A stretch of DNA of 64,000 bases, from positions 1,364,001 to 1,428,000 of the forward strand of contig CP142728.1 in the NCBI GenBank assembly GCA_036630325.1, read 5' to 3'. The notes beneath the pieces were generated by a model. It did no database searches, had not been told where the DNA came from, and worked only from the letters and a program-made list of their open reading frames with translations. Below, piece after piece: positions 63,056-64,000 of the stretch. The translations under genes and the position numbers were made by a program. The stretch's first letter is position 1; every line of letters starts with the position of its first letter. Source of the DNA: Vairimorpha necatrix (Eukaryota).

Positions 63056-63880
63056 GATGCCCAAACACCCCCCCCTCAGAGGGTGTTCACTTTATTTTTT
63101 CGAACCCCAAAATTGAAGTGCAAAATAAAGGAGGAGCAAAGAAGAGACAAAAATTACTAAGTACTTATTACATTAAAAACAAAAAATAAACATACGTTTA
63201 TGTACAGAATTATATTTTAATTTAAGTTTGTATATTTATAACAATTGATAAGCAGTTTTTACCCTTCTGATTTATTAGAATTGGGGACCAAAATGCCTTC
63301 CTCTGAGGGTGTTCACTTTATTATTTTAAACCCCAAAAACGAAGTGCAAAATAAAGGAGGAGCAATCATTAGCATTCAAATTACTTGCATCTTTAAACAG
63401 TAAAAATACCAAATAATTATATATTTGTATACGAAATTTAATTTAAAAAAAGAATATAATCATAAAACTACAAAATTCTAAATAACTTGGCATCTTTCAA
63501 ATTAATTTTTTTGATTTAACAATCTGTATAGATCGTTGAACATTTATTTAAATTTTCTTATATAAATAATATTTATAATTTTAATTACTGGTTTATTATA
63601 AAAGTAGATTTTTGAAGAAAATCTACTTTTATAATAAACCAGTAATTAAAAAAAAATTTAGAAAAATAAGAAGGGCAAAAAAGATACAACACTTTAAATG
63701 ATTATTAGAACTACATTTAAAATTAATTTTTGTATACAAGCATATATTTATTTGTTATTTTTAATGTAATAAGTACTTAGTAATTTTTGTCTCTTCTTTG
63801 CTCCTCCTTTATTTTGCACTTCGTTTTGGGGGTTCAAAAAAATAAAGTGAACACCCTCTGAGGGGGGGGTGTTTCGGATC
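63056..63880. mobile_element. Non-autonomous foldback/MITE-type element with ~170-bp TIRs
   Basis: The left arm AAACACCCCCCCCTCAGAGGGTGTTCACTTTA...GGAGGAGCAAAGAAGAGACAAAAATTACTAAGTACTTATTACATTAAAAA is mirrored at ~63710-63880. A third partial arm lies at ~63283-63365 and there is an internal perfect palindrome. No TSD seen. Confidence 0.85.
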
Positions 63881-64000
63881 CTTCCTCCATTATTTCTAAA
63901 CTATATTATTATTGTGTACATATATATTTATATTTTAAAATCTTATTTGATTCTGCAGGAATCTTTTCATTTCTTTAAGCATACATCCAGTCTAATGTGA

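Overview
Very AT-rich, gene-poor, transposon-rich eukaryotic DNA, most consistent with a large-genome microsporidian. This is an inference from CCC motifs just upstream of start codons, no evident introns, Merlin/IS1595-type DNA transposons, Ty3/gypsy elements and TTAGG-like repeats. Host coding content is small: two paralogous, probably secreted proteins of an unknown family (one truncated by the left window edge, one at 29.2-31.4 kb) and a decayed C2H2 zinc-finger gene. RNA genes are one 5S rRNA and one degenerate tRNA-His. The rest is mobile DNA: at least six Merlin-derived elements (one nested in a fused dimer), two degenerate Ty3/gypsy elements, a gag-only LTR element, solo LTRs, a head-to-tail non-autonomous Helitron dimer, a long-TIR foldback element and a ~159-bp satellite. 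The most striking observation is that both Ty3/gypsy elements are only ~3.2-3.3 kb, are bounded by 38-39-bp LTRs and show no recognisable aspartic protease. One has perfect TG..CA ends, a polypurine tract and a 5-bp target-site duplication (TSD). Together they suggest a miniaturised LTR-retrotransposon family. Most short ORFs in the supplied track are spurious or transposon fragments.
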